DNA of 32,120 nt from a virus (lineage: Duplodnaviria > Heunggongvirae > Uroviricota > Caudoviricetes). The notes beneath the pieces were generated by a model that saw only the letters and a list, made by a program, of their open reading frames with translations, was not told the DNA's origin and did not search any database. The DNA lies in the IMG/VR virus record IMGVR_UViG_2579778894_000022. One strand, written 5' to 3'. Positions 20,803 to 27,919 of this stretch are shown piece after piece (the first letter of the stretch is position 1; every line of letters begins with the position of its first letter). The position numbers and the translations under genes are program-made.

Positions 20803-21049
20803 GATGTTCTGTCTCGTCTGCCAGCCGTGCGGCACGATTTGCGGCACGGATAGCGGAAAATACCTGCATCGTCTGTTCCTGACCGTGTAACAACCATTCA
20901 GCCGTGTGGCGGGCCTGTTGCTCCGTCTGTAATTTACGGCGCAGCGTCTGGTTATCGTGGCGGGTGCTGTCCAGCCTGTGCCACAACACCCCGGACAGAA
21001 CGGCGGCAAACACGGCTGCCAGCAGTAAACTTTTACTGGCGAAGGTCAT
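20663..21049 (-). CDS. i-spanin (inner-membrane spanin subunit, Rz-like)
   Basis: ATG at 21049 overlaps the lys stop with GGGGG upstream. N-terminal transmembrane helix SLLLAAVFAAVLSGVLW then a charged helical periplasmic domain; embedded o-spanin gene. Confidence 0.7.
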   Translation of the reverse strand: MTFASKSLLLAAVFAAVLSGVLWHRLDSTRHDNQTLRRKLQTEQQARHTAEWLLHGQEQTMQVFSAIRAANRAARLADETEHHDAKQKITTAITGDNCSTRPVPAVAADRLRELEKRTRAIGGDPARN

Positions 21050-21552
21050 CCGCCCCCCCTGATATTCCAGATAGCCATTTCCACTTCGCGACGGTTCATC
21101 AGTCCTTTCCATTTATGGCCTGCGGCAAACACCCAGCGGGCCATCTGGTCACGCGCTCCGGCGTAATCACCGGCATTGAGTTTTTTCAGCAGCGTTGATT
21201 TACTGAATGCGGTAACACCGGTGTTGAAAATAAACGTTGCCAGCGCCGTTTTCTGATATGGCGTCAGCGGCACTCTGACAAGACGATCGATTGCCGCATA
21301 AACCGGTTTTAAATCACTGTCGAGAAAAGCCATACACTCCGCATGGCTGTAACGGCGCATTTCGATATCCGGCCCGGTATGTCCCACACAGACCGTAAGC
21401 ACACCGGCAATATCGCGGTAAGGCATATAAGCGATATTTTCCAGATGGATCAGAGACTGACGGGTCATTTCCTGATAACCACCCACACCGCCACCGGCAA
21501 TCGTTGCCGCCAGCAGTGCTGCTTTCAGTTTTTTTGGTATCCCCGCCATCAT
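21046..21552 (-). CDS. lys: SAR endolysin (T4-lysozyme-like, GH24-type)
   Basis: N-terminal weakly hydrophobic Gly/Ala-rich signal-anchor-release segment (KAALLAATIAGGGVGGY) followed by a Glu-8aa-Asp-5aa-Thr catalytic spacing (HLENIAYMPYRDIAGVLT). Confidence 0.85.
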   Translation of the reverse strand: MMAGIPKKLKAALLAATIAGGGVGGYQEMTRQSLIHLENIAYMPYRDIAGVLTVCVGHTGPDIEMRRYSHAECMAFLDSDLKPVYAAIDRLVRVPLTPYQKTALATFIFNTGVTAFSKSTLLKKLNAGDYAGARDQMARWVFAAGHKWKGLMNRREVEMAIWNIRGGG

Positions 21553-21643
21553 GCTTCCCTGAAAAAATGCTCTGATGGCAGTCTAAAAAATCAGATGGCA
21601 GGTGCGGGATTATGGTGACAGGAAATAACCGGCAGGATGCCGG
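21553..21643 (-). promoter_or_regulatory. C-lys intergenic region: candidate middle-transcript terminator and C-dependent late promoter
   Basis: Stem-loop CCGGCA-tcc-TGCCGG plus TTATTT directly after the C stop. Contains the 10-mer AGGTGCGGGA (plus strand 21600..21609) that is also present upstream of I. Confidence 0.5.
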
Positions 21644-22066
21644 TTATTTCAGGCTTTCAGGTGAGAACAGATCAGGCTGATGACGTCGTGTATGCAGCTT
21701 TCTCTGGCGGGCAATAATCTGGTAGATCTGCGGCTGGGACAGGCGATACTGGCGACGCAGTTCTTCCATGTTACGACCATTGAACTGGCAGTAAAGCAAA
21801 TCGTCGCGTAACGCGGTCAGGATCGTATCGCCGCAGGGGATGTAAAACTGCCGCCCGCCCAGAAAACAGGACAGGGCAACGGCCTGTTTACGGGCAAGCT
21901 CACGGGGATTGCTGACGTTCTGGCGTTTCAGTTCGTTTTCCAGAACATCAATCAGATCAACCACCGAACGGGGCCAGCGTGACTCCAGTTCCGGGGCCGG
22001 GATGTTATCAATATGTCCGATTAACTGGCGAATTGCCGGATCGTGTTCAAATAAATCATGCTGCAT
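21644..22066 (-). CDS. C: Late gene transcription activator C (Mor/C family)
   Basis: 140 aa; clear paralogy to Mor visible in the sequence (YIPCGDTILTALRDDLLYCQFNGRNMEELRRQYRLSQPQIYQIIA versus Mor YIPRGQVLDSLIRDLRIWNDFNGRNVHELAIRHGVTFNTVYKAIR); HTH at the C-terminus. Confidence 0.9.
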   Translation of the reverse strand: MQHDLFEHDPAIRQLIGHIDNIPAPELESRWPRSVVDLIDVLENELKRQNVSNPRELARKQAVALSCFLGGRQFYIPCGDTILTALRDDLLYCQFNGRNMEELRRQYRLSQPQIYQIIARQRKLHTRRHQPDLFSPESLK

Positions 22067-22106
22067 ATTTTCCCCCGGTTAACAGACAGAAAGATACACC
22101 ACGGCA

Positions 22107-22337
22107 CTACTGAATTTTCTGTACATGGTATTTTTCTCTGTAACGCCGGCAATGGTGGATAATTTCTGGCATATCAACGGACTGCCAGCCTTTCATGTAA
22201 TAACTTCCGTGGGTGCCATCGTGCCCTGTGTAATCCATTGGCTTTGGTGGTGGGCCTCCGGCCTCCCGATGTAATACCTCCTGTCGTAAACGTTCACGCC
22301 TGCCGAACTGAAAGGACGCATCCCACCCTTTACCCAT
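22107..22337 (-). CDS. Small middle-operon protein, function unknown
   Basis: 76 aa from the ATG at 22337 (GGGAGG 6 nt upstream), overlapping the preceding stop by 8 nt; His/Arg-rich. Confidence 0.45.
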   Translation of the reverse strand: MGKGWDASFQFGRRERLRQEVLHREAGGPPPKPMDYTGHDGTHGSYYMKGWQSVDMPEIIHHCRRYREKYHVQKIQ

Positions 22338-22890
22338 GCAGAACCTCCCGACAGGCGCTGGCGAGCAGATCCAGACGGTTAAACCAGCCATTCAGATATT
22401 TCCCCTGCGAGGCACTGGATTTGATAATCCCTGCGTAATAGCGGGAACGACGCAGGAAGCACTGCAACAGCAGCCAGTCAGTATCGGCACGCAGAACGGC
22501 TGCGCGTGTGTTTTTACCGACGATGCCATCATCATCAACACCTGCTGCCGCCTGGAGGATCTGAATCGCGCGTTTAACACCGTGCTGAACGGCAGCATCA
22601 AAAACGAATAAGGAAACGCCATCAGGCCATTCGTTACACTTTGCCGCCAGCCAGTAATCACGCCAGTAGATCTGCGCCGCCTGCTCGCGGGTTAAATCCT
22701 TAATGCGGGTATCAGGTTTTCCGTCACCGTTAACATCGGTTTTGCCATCAATAACGCCGTCGCGACGGTCAGAAATACCGTATTTCGTTTCGCCGCCACG
22801 GTCGGCAGGATCATTAACATAGCCACCTTCAACATCAGGGCGTATAACGAAATTCAGCGAATGAAGGAATGCAGGGGAAAACTCAGGCAT
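22330..22890 (-). CDS. GH108-family muramidase-like protein with C-terminal peptidoglycan-binding domain (middle operon)
   Basis: N-terminal EGGYVNDPADRGGETKYGI, the signature of glycoside hydrolase family 108 as I recall it, and C-terminal DGIVGKNT...RYYAGI...GW.NR consistent with PG_binding_3. Strong RBS AGGAGGG. First gene after the mor terminator. Confidence 0.75.
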   Translation of the reverse strand: MPEFSPAFLHSLNFVIRPDVEGGYVNDPADRGGETKYGISDRRDGVIDGKTDVNGDGKPDTRIKDLTREQAAQIYWRDYWLAAKCNEWPDGVSLFVFDAAVQHGVKRAIQILQAAAGVDDDGIVGKNTRAAVLRADTDWLLLQCFLRRSRYYAGIIKSSASQGKYLNGWFNRLDLLASACREVLHG

Positions 22891-22946
22891 GTTGCCCTCC
22901 TGTCATGAACGTTTTATCGTCACAACAGAATATTGAGGGCGTAAAA
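22891..22946 (-). promoter_or_regulatory. Candidate middle promoter region (Mor-dependent Pm)
   Basis: Short gap between the mor terminator dyad and the first middle-operon RBS. Promoter assignment is by position and recalled Mu biology, not from a recognisable -35/-10. Confidence 0.4.
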
Positions 22947-22972
22947 AAAGCCGGATTAACCGGCTTTACTGT
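22940..22972 (-). terminator. Rho-independent terminator immediately after mor (end of early transcript); dyad may double as the Mor-binding element
   Basis: Minus strand reads TAA-ACAGT-AAAGCCGG-TTAAT-CCGGCTTT-TTTTTAC: an 8 bp GC-rich stem, 5 nt loop and a 7-U run starting 5 nt after the mor stop. Confidence 0.7.
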
Positions 22973-23362
22973 TTAAAACAAAGGGGGGGAATACTGACGA
23001 TACTTTATACGCCGCATTCGTCGGATGGCTTTATAGACTGTGTTAAATGTCACACCATGACGGATTGCCAGTTCGTGAACATTGCGACCGTTGAAATCAT
23101 TCCAGATACGCAAATCCCGAATAAGCGAATCCAGAACCTGACCGCGTGGAATGTAGACCTGACCGCCGCCCAGATGCTTACAGATAGCCACAACAATCTC
23201 CAGTGAATGGGCCGGGTCAACACCTAACCGGGACAATTCCCCGCGCAGTAAATCGTTCAGCTCCGCCAGCAGTGCCGGAAAGCGTGACGTATCCTCTGCG
23301 GGATTGTCAAGATGTGCCAGGATGGTGTCATCCTGCAAATCACCAAATAAATCTTCCGTCAT
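22973..23362 (-). CDS. mor: Middle operon regulator Mor
   Basis: 129 aa; paralog of C; ATG overlaps the gemA stop; last gene before the early terminator. Confidence 0.9.
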   Translation of the reverse strand: MTEDLFGDLQDDTILAHLDNPAEDTSRFPALLAELNDLLRGELSRLGVDPAHSLEIVVAICKHLGGGQVYIPRGQVLDSLIRDLRIWNDFNGRNVHELAIRHGVTFNTVYKAIRRMRRIKYRQYSPPLF

Positions 23363-23910
23363 TGTGCCATCCTCCGTGTCTTTCTGGCACGGGCATAAGC
23401 CGCCGTCATGGCATCATAGCCGCGCAGTTCACGCCCGGACGGACTGACTGGCAACGGAAGCCCGTGACGGGAAAAGGCTTCACGAATACAGCGGATATGC
23501 CACTGCTTGAGAGTTTCGAGAACAATCAACAGGGTGTCGCCATGACACCACGCCAGCGTGGAAACACCCTGTCCGCCATTACGTTTCGCCGTCAGGCGCT
23601 GAACATATTTATCCAGCGCCACATCACCGCCATCGGTAATAAAACCGTCTTCTGCCATCTGCTGCCAGACTTTGTATACCTTCTCGCGGGGCGTGACATG
23701 CCCCTTAAAGCGGCGACGTGGATGTTTATTCAGCTTCTTAAAGCCGCGTTCTTTCATGGCATCGAGCACCTGTTCCAGTTGCGTAACCGTCAGCTCGCGG
23801 CAACTGATTTTGCCCGTTTTCTGCATCAGAAAAGCGCGGTAAGTGTCGTCGTCGAGTTGTAGCTCCCGACGGGCGACATGGATTAATTTAATCAGGGATG
23901 TGCGATTCAT
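23359..23910 (-). CDS. gemA: GemA-like early protein (host gene expression modulation)
   Basis: 183 aa ORF immediately upstream of mor with GGAGG 7 nt before the ATG; position matches Mu gemA. Confidence 0.75.
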   Translation of the reverse strand: MNRTSLIKLIHVARRELQLDDDTYRAFLMQKTGKISCRELTVTQLEQVLDAMKERGFKKLNKHPRRRFKGHVTPREKVYKVWQQMAEDGFITDGGDVALDKYVQRLTAKRNGGQGVSTLAWCHGDTLLIVLETLKQWHIRCIREAFSRHGLPLPVSPSGRELRGYDAMTAAYARARKTRRMAQ

Positions 23911-24184
23911 GATCGTACCTCCGGAAAGAGGCGGTGCTGCAACACCGCCTGAATTTACACATCAATCAGAGAGGATTTTATGGAAAATAATGTACAACCT
24001 TATGATGTTGCAGGTTATGCGATTGCATCAGCACTGGTGCGCCTTCTGGTGAAGAAGGCGATCATCACCGCAGAAGAGGGCCAGGCCATTTTCAGCTCTT
24101 CAGCAGAGATTTTAAAAGATGCGCCTGCAATAAGAACAAGCCGCCGCGAAAACATGCAACTGTCAAAGATCATGGAAGACATTA

Positions 24185-24487
24185 TCAGTTCGTTAGACCC
24201 AGATGCTGACGGATCTCAAAAGCCTCAAACACATGAGCGTCAGTAACAATATCCTGGTCTGATAACCCCAGCCTGCGGCGGATGTACTCCTCGCGGGCTG
24301 TTTCATTTTGCAGTGCCACTACTGTTTCCAGACGATTCATTTCGCGGTTGATAATGTCACGGACTTCTCTGGCGGTGAGATTATGCTTAATACCATATTC
24401 AACGATAGCGCGAACACGTTCCAGCATCCCTTTTTCAGCCATGACGTTATCAATATTAAGGGGAGTAAATTTATCTTCATTGTTCAT
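24185..24487 (-). CDS. Semi-essential early region protein, function unknown
   Basis: 100 aa; ATG overlaps the upstream stop (ATGA). Confidence 0.6.
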   Translation of the reverse strand: MNNEDKFTPLNIDNVMAEKGMLERVRAIVEYGIKHNLTAREVRDIINREMNRLETVVALQNETAREEYIRRRLGLSDQDIVTDAHVFEAFEIRQHLGLTN

Positions 24488-24792
24488 TTTGCGGCCCTCA
24501 GAATAAATTCAGGATAAAATTTCAGACTCATTTGCCGTAACACATCCAGTGCAGCAACGGCTGCTGATTTATCGTTGCCATCAGCAATAGCGCGGAGATT
24601 TTCAATAATCCAGTGAGGACTCAGTGACTCAGCAATAATGCCAAACCGGTACGCCATGACCTCATCAATAGCTTTTTCATGAGACGGCTCATATACAAAA
24701 TTCACAAAGTCATGCACTTCTTTTTTCGGCAAACCACCGGCAATCAGCAGGGCGGCAAGCTCTTCTGATTTTGAAAATACACCATTATTCAT
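24484..24792 (-). CDS. Semi-essential early region protein, function unknown
   Basis: 102 aa from the ATG at 24792, 1 nt after the upstream stop with a GGTGA RBS; the ORF track's GTG at 24807 lacks an RBS. Confidence 0.55.
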   Translation of the reverse strand: MNNGVFSKSEELAALLIAGGLPKKEVHDFVNFVYEPSHEKAIDEVMAYRFGIIAESLSPHWIIENLRAIADGNDKSAAVAALDVLRQMSLKFYPEFILRAAK

Positions 24793-24793
24793 G

Positions 24794-24976
24794 TCACTCA
24801 CCTTCACAATTCATGCACGCCGTGTCATCGCCCATATCGCAGTGGTTACATTTCTGCCCGCCACAATGAGGGCACTCTTTCAGATATTCAGGGGATTCAT
24901 TACCGCAGGTCGGGCATTCCTGTTTCACCGTGGTAAATTTCCCCAGCCACGAATACGATGTTTCATTGTTTTCCAT
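24794..24976 (-). CDS. Small zinc-ribbon protein with four CxxC motifs
   Basis: 60 aa containing CPTC, CPHC, CNHC, CMNC; GGAGG 7 nt upstream of the ATG. Confidence 0.6.
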   Translation of the reverse strand: MENNETSYSWLGKFTTVKQECPTCGNESPEYLKECPHCGGQKCNHCDMGDDTACMNCEGE

Positions 24977-25493
24977 TGTTTACCTCCGCCTGTTTTTGCG
25001 CCCGGATAAATTCGTCAGAAAGGATTTCAGTCATGCGGCCCTGTGCGGGAGTCATCCCTGTCATGACGTAAATCACATCACCAACACGGAACCACCGGAG
25101 CGGGCCGAATATTGTTGCGCTGAAATCCAGTCCCAGTGCGGGTAAGAGAGCGTCAGTACGGGCATAAGTGACCGGAATATTCTCCTGCCATATTTTCGCC
25201 AGCTCTTTTGACTGCTCCCGCAGATGTGCAGGAATGCGCGATGTTCTTGGCCTGCAACTGTTACCTGATGCGGGCCGTTGTACGGTCCACAGCTCCGGCG
25301 AGAAAGGTCGCTCATTCCCCGGAAAATTCACGCCATGAAAATGACGCCCACCAATACCTGTGCTGAATACTGACCGGCAACCACAACCCAGAACCTTATC
25401 AAGATGGCGGGCTTCTTCGCGTAGTTTCAGGCAGTCCGCCATAAACTGGTCCCATGCCAGCAGTGCTGCGGGATTTGACGTTTTAAAAAACAT
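24963..25493 (-). CDS. Semi-essential early region protein, function unknown
   Basis: 176 aa from the ATG at 25493 (overlaps upstream stop as TGATG; AGGAGG 7 nt upstream). Confidence 0.6.
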   Translation of the reverse strand: MFFKTSNPAALLAWDQFMADCLKLREEARHLDKVLGCGCRSVFSTGIGGRHFHGVNFPGNERPFSPELWTVQRPASGNSCRPRTSRIPAHLREQSKELAKIWQENIPVTYARTDALLPALGLDFSATIFGPLRWFRVGDVIYVMTGMTPAQGRMTEILSDEFIRAQKQAEVNNGKQ

Positions 25494-26023
25494 CACGCCA
25501 CCTCCTGCATCGTTGCGGGAACCGGAGAACAATCAAGAATGAGATAACGCAGTACATGGTCGGTGATATTCCAGGCGCTTGAACTGCAAATAAAACGCCC
25601 CAGCCGGATATCGATATAAGCCATCACAAAACGGGGCATTCCCTGTTCGCACATTTCGTCATCCACTTCCGCAACGATGTAAACCGACTCGCAGGTCAGT
25701 ACGCCTGTTGCAAATTCTTTTGCCAGTGCCGGAATGGCATTGCCTTCCAGCCAGGGCAATGAGCGGCGGAAGGAACACCATGCGGCATCATCAACAGCAG
25801 GCTGCTCAGTTGCGTTTCGTCTTACAGGCGGCGTCGGACGCGGGCGCGGAACGTCATAAAATCCGTTGCATTCGGTGAGCACTCCGGCATCAACCGCATC
25901 ACGCAGGAAATACACCATTGACGAGGGCAGCATATTCATTTTTTCAGCCAGAACTCCGCAGGTCAGGCGTCCGTAAGCCCGTAATAATGTGCTGACACCA
26001 TTCAGAATTTTTGCATCAACCAT
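25493..26023 (-). CDS. Semi-essential early region protein, function unknown
   Basis: 176 aa; GAGGAA RBS; first gene after a ~100 bp AT-rich intergenic gap. Confidence 0.6.
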   Translation of the reverse strand: MVDAKILNGVSTLLRAYGRLTCGVLAEKMNMLPSSMVYFLRDAVDAGVLTECNGFYDVPRPRPTPPVRRNATEQPAVDDAAWCSFRRSLPWLEGNAIPALAKEFATGVLTCESVYIVAEVDDEMCEQGMPRFVMAYIDIRLGRFICSSSAWNITDHVLRYLILDCSPVPATMQEVA

Positions 26024-26121
26024 GTTTTATTCCTCAGTAATCTGTTTCAGGCGCGAGCAATCCCCTGACGTATCGCGCCATAATTAAAAGAATGTGAATT
26101 AATTAAATATTAATGGTGGTA

Positions 26122-26646
26122 TTAAATACCGGCTTCCTGTTCAAATGGAATAATAGAAAAATCCTCAATGCCTGATTTAACTGTAATTCCGGCAACACCT
26201 GCGACCGCTTTCGGTTCCAGTAAAATCGCTTCCTTGTTGATTTCCTGCTTCGTGCGAATAAAGCGTTGCAGGCCAAGACGCTCCAGCGTTTCCATCACTG
26301 CATCCATACCACGAATACTTACTGATGGTGGACGTACCCGCCACGATACATCTCCGGTGACAAGATTCGCCGTCTTCACTTTGCCGCCGTTCGTCAGTTC
26401 GTCGCGGTTCGCTTCACACCATCCCTGAACGCCTTTTGAAAGGGTTTCAATATCGGTTTTAATCGGTGCAATCCGGGCCGCAAATTTCTCCGTAATTTCC
26501 GCGATGGCATCATTCATTTCCGTTTCCAGACGTGATGCTTCGCGCTGTAAATCCCCGATGCGTTTAATATCGGTAATCACCGCATCGCGGTTTTGTGGCA
26601 CATAAGCCGCTGCGGCACTCTTGATACGTTTTGCTGGTTTAGCCAT
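26122..26646 (-). CDS. gam: Gam, DNA-end-binding host-nuclease inhibitor (Ku-like)
   Basis: 174 aa (MAKPAKRIKSAAAAYVPQNRDAVITDIKRIGDLQREASRLETEMNDAIAEITEKFA...), recognised as Mu Gam by size, sequence and position. Confidence 0.85.
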   Translation of the reverse strand: MAKPAKRIKSAAAAYVPQNRDAVITDIKRIGDLQREASRLETEMNDAIAEITEKFAARIAPIKTDIETLSKGVQGWCEANRDELTNGGKVKTANLVTGDVSWRVRPPSVSIRGMDAVMETLERLGLQRFIRTKQEINKEAILLEPKAVAGVAGITVKSGIEDFSIIPFEQEAGI

Positions 26647-26665
26647 AAATTAAAGCTCCTGTTAA

Positions 26666-26965
26666 TTAATATCCGCTGTATACAATGCTGGATACAGCTC
26701 GATTGCTTAATTCCATCTTTCGGGCAATGACATGAATATCCAGTCCTTCTTTATAAAGTTCACGACATAAATATTTGTCGTGTTCACTGATTCGGTATAC
26801 ACACAATGATATTCCGTGCCTTCTGGCATGTGCCCGGAGGGCGGTTGTGGCGACTTTCAGTTTTTCCGCCATTTCTTCAATGGTCATTTTCCCGACGTTG
26901 GCTTCGATAAATTCCCGGTCTTCGCGTGACCAGCGCTTACGATTACACTTCATGTCAGTCACCAT
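26666..26965 (-). CDS. Small putative DNA-binding (HTH-like) early protein
   Basis: 99 aa, or 95 aa from the internal ATG at 26953 which has a better RBS (GGTGA); helix-turn-helix-like segment MTIEEMAEKLKVATTALRAHARRHGIS. Confidence 0.55.
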   Translation of the reverse strand: MVTDMKCNRKRWSREDREFIEANVGKMTIEEMAEKLKVATTALRAHARRHGISLCVYRISEHDKYLCRELYKEGLDIHVIARKMELSNRAVSSIVYSGY

Positions 26966-27385
26966 TCAGTACAGCAGAGGCTCGCGCAGTGATGCCGGAA
27001 TATGTCGCAGCGATAACTGAACCGCTTTCAGGGCAAGCGAGGAATAACAGCAGCGCGCCCAGCCTTTTGCCATTAACCGGTAATCGCGCCAGATACGCTG
27101 CCACATTTCACGGGCTTCAGGGTCTGATGCGCAGATGTATTCCCGGTCCATGACGTACTCCCATAAATCCACGTTGAACGCACCGCCAAATGCAATGGCG
27201 CGGGATATGCTTTCGCCGCAATAACGCGCACAGATGCTGTAATGGTCGAAAGCGATCAGGTACGTCTTTTCACCACAATCATCAACTTTCCTGGCGCAAA
27301 TAAACTCGCGTAATTCACCACCGTTGTTATTGCGTTCCTGAATTCGGATTAATGCCTGAATTTCATTTCGGATTTTGACGTTCAT
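26966..27385 (-). CDS. Cys-rich early protein, function unknown
   Basis: 139 aa with several Cys and aromatic residues. Confidence 0.55.
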   Translation of the reverse strand: MNVKIRNEIQALIRIQERNNNGGELREFICARKVDDCGEKTYLIAFDHYSICARYCGESISRAIAFGGAFNVDLWEYVMDREYICASDPEAREMWQRIWRDYRLMAKGWARCCYSSLALKAVQLSLRHIPASLREPLLY

Positions 27386-27405
27386 TGTCAGCGTTCCTTT
27401 GCGAA

Positions 27406-27675
27406 TTAATGTTTAACCGCATTCACCGGATGTGGTACTAAATCACATTCAGCTTCCATACCCACTTTCTTCATAGTGGTCAGCATCTCATCTTTGGCCT
27501 TTTTAATAATTTCAGGAGCCATAGTCAGGACGATATTTGCCAGTAAATCATGAGGCCCGGTATTTTCCGTTGGCGAGATATCTGCAAGACATGCTTTTGC
27601 ATCCAGAACTTCTCTGCGCCCATTGCAACTGTCACTACTTTCCAGCCATGTAAACTCAAAGATAACCTTTGCCAT
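27406..27675 (-). CDS. Semi-essential early region protein, function unknown
   Basis: 89 aa ORF with short intergenic spacers on both sides. Confidence 0.55.
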   Translation of the reverse strand: MAKVIFEFTWLESSDSCNGRREVLDAKACLADISPTENTGPHDLLANIVLTMAPEIIKKAKDEMLTTMKKVGMEAECDLVPHPVNAVKH

Positions 27676-27695
27676 TTTTCTTCTCCTTATTGATT

Positions 27696-27917
27696 CTAAA
27701 TAACTGCGCTGGCTTTTACCTTCGCGCCTTTTACCTGCTTAAAGAAAACTGCGCTGCACCACGGACAACATGTCAGGGAATCCCAAATTTCCTTTTCGGG
27801 TGAGCATTGCGTCATAATCTGTTCACCGCATCCGGGGCATTTATATGTCGTCAGCGGCACCCCGTGGCACTGACAGTGTTTAACCCATTCAATATATTTT
27901 TCAGCTTTAATACACAT
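27696..27917 (-). CDS. Small Cys-rich (zinc-ribbon-like) early protein
   Basis: 73 aa from the ATG at 27917, 2 nt after the kil stop with GGAGA upstream (the ORF track uses a TTG at 27941). Motifs CQCHG, CPGCG, CCPWC. Confidence 0.55.
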   Translation of the reverse strand: MCIKAEKYIEWVKHCQCHGVPLTTYKCPGCGEQIMTQCSPEKEIWDSLTCCPWCSAVFFKQVKGAKVKASAVI

Positions 27918-27919
27918 CG

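Noticed and set aside
15428-20804. Plus-strand ORFs 15428..16009, 17010..17501, 17396..17944, 19613..20059 and 19929..20804
   Set aside because: Antisense to portal, terminase and lysis-region genes that have clear coupling and RBSs; no independent support.
20461-21009. 182 aa ORF read as a single protein
   Set aside because: Its N-terminal 69 codons are just the alternative frame of the i-spanin gene; the real product starts at the internal Met-Met with a signal peptide and lipobox (o-spanin).
23203-23862. Plus-strand 219 aa ORF overlapping gemA and mor
   Set aside because: Opposite two well-supported regulatory genes; no RBS; probably a shadow ORF.
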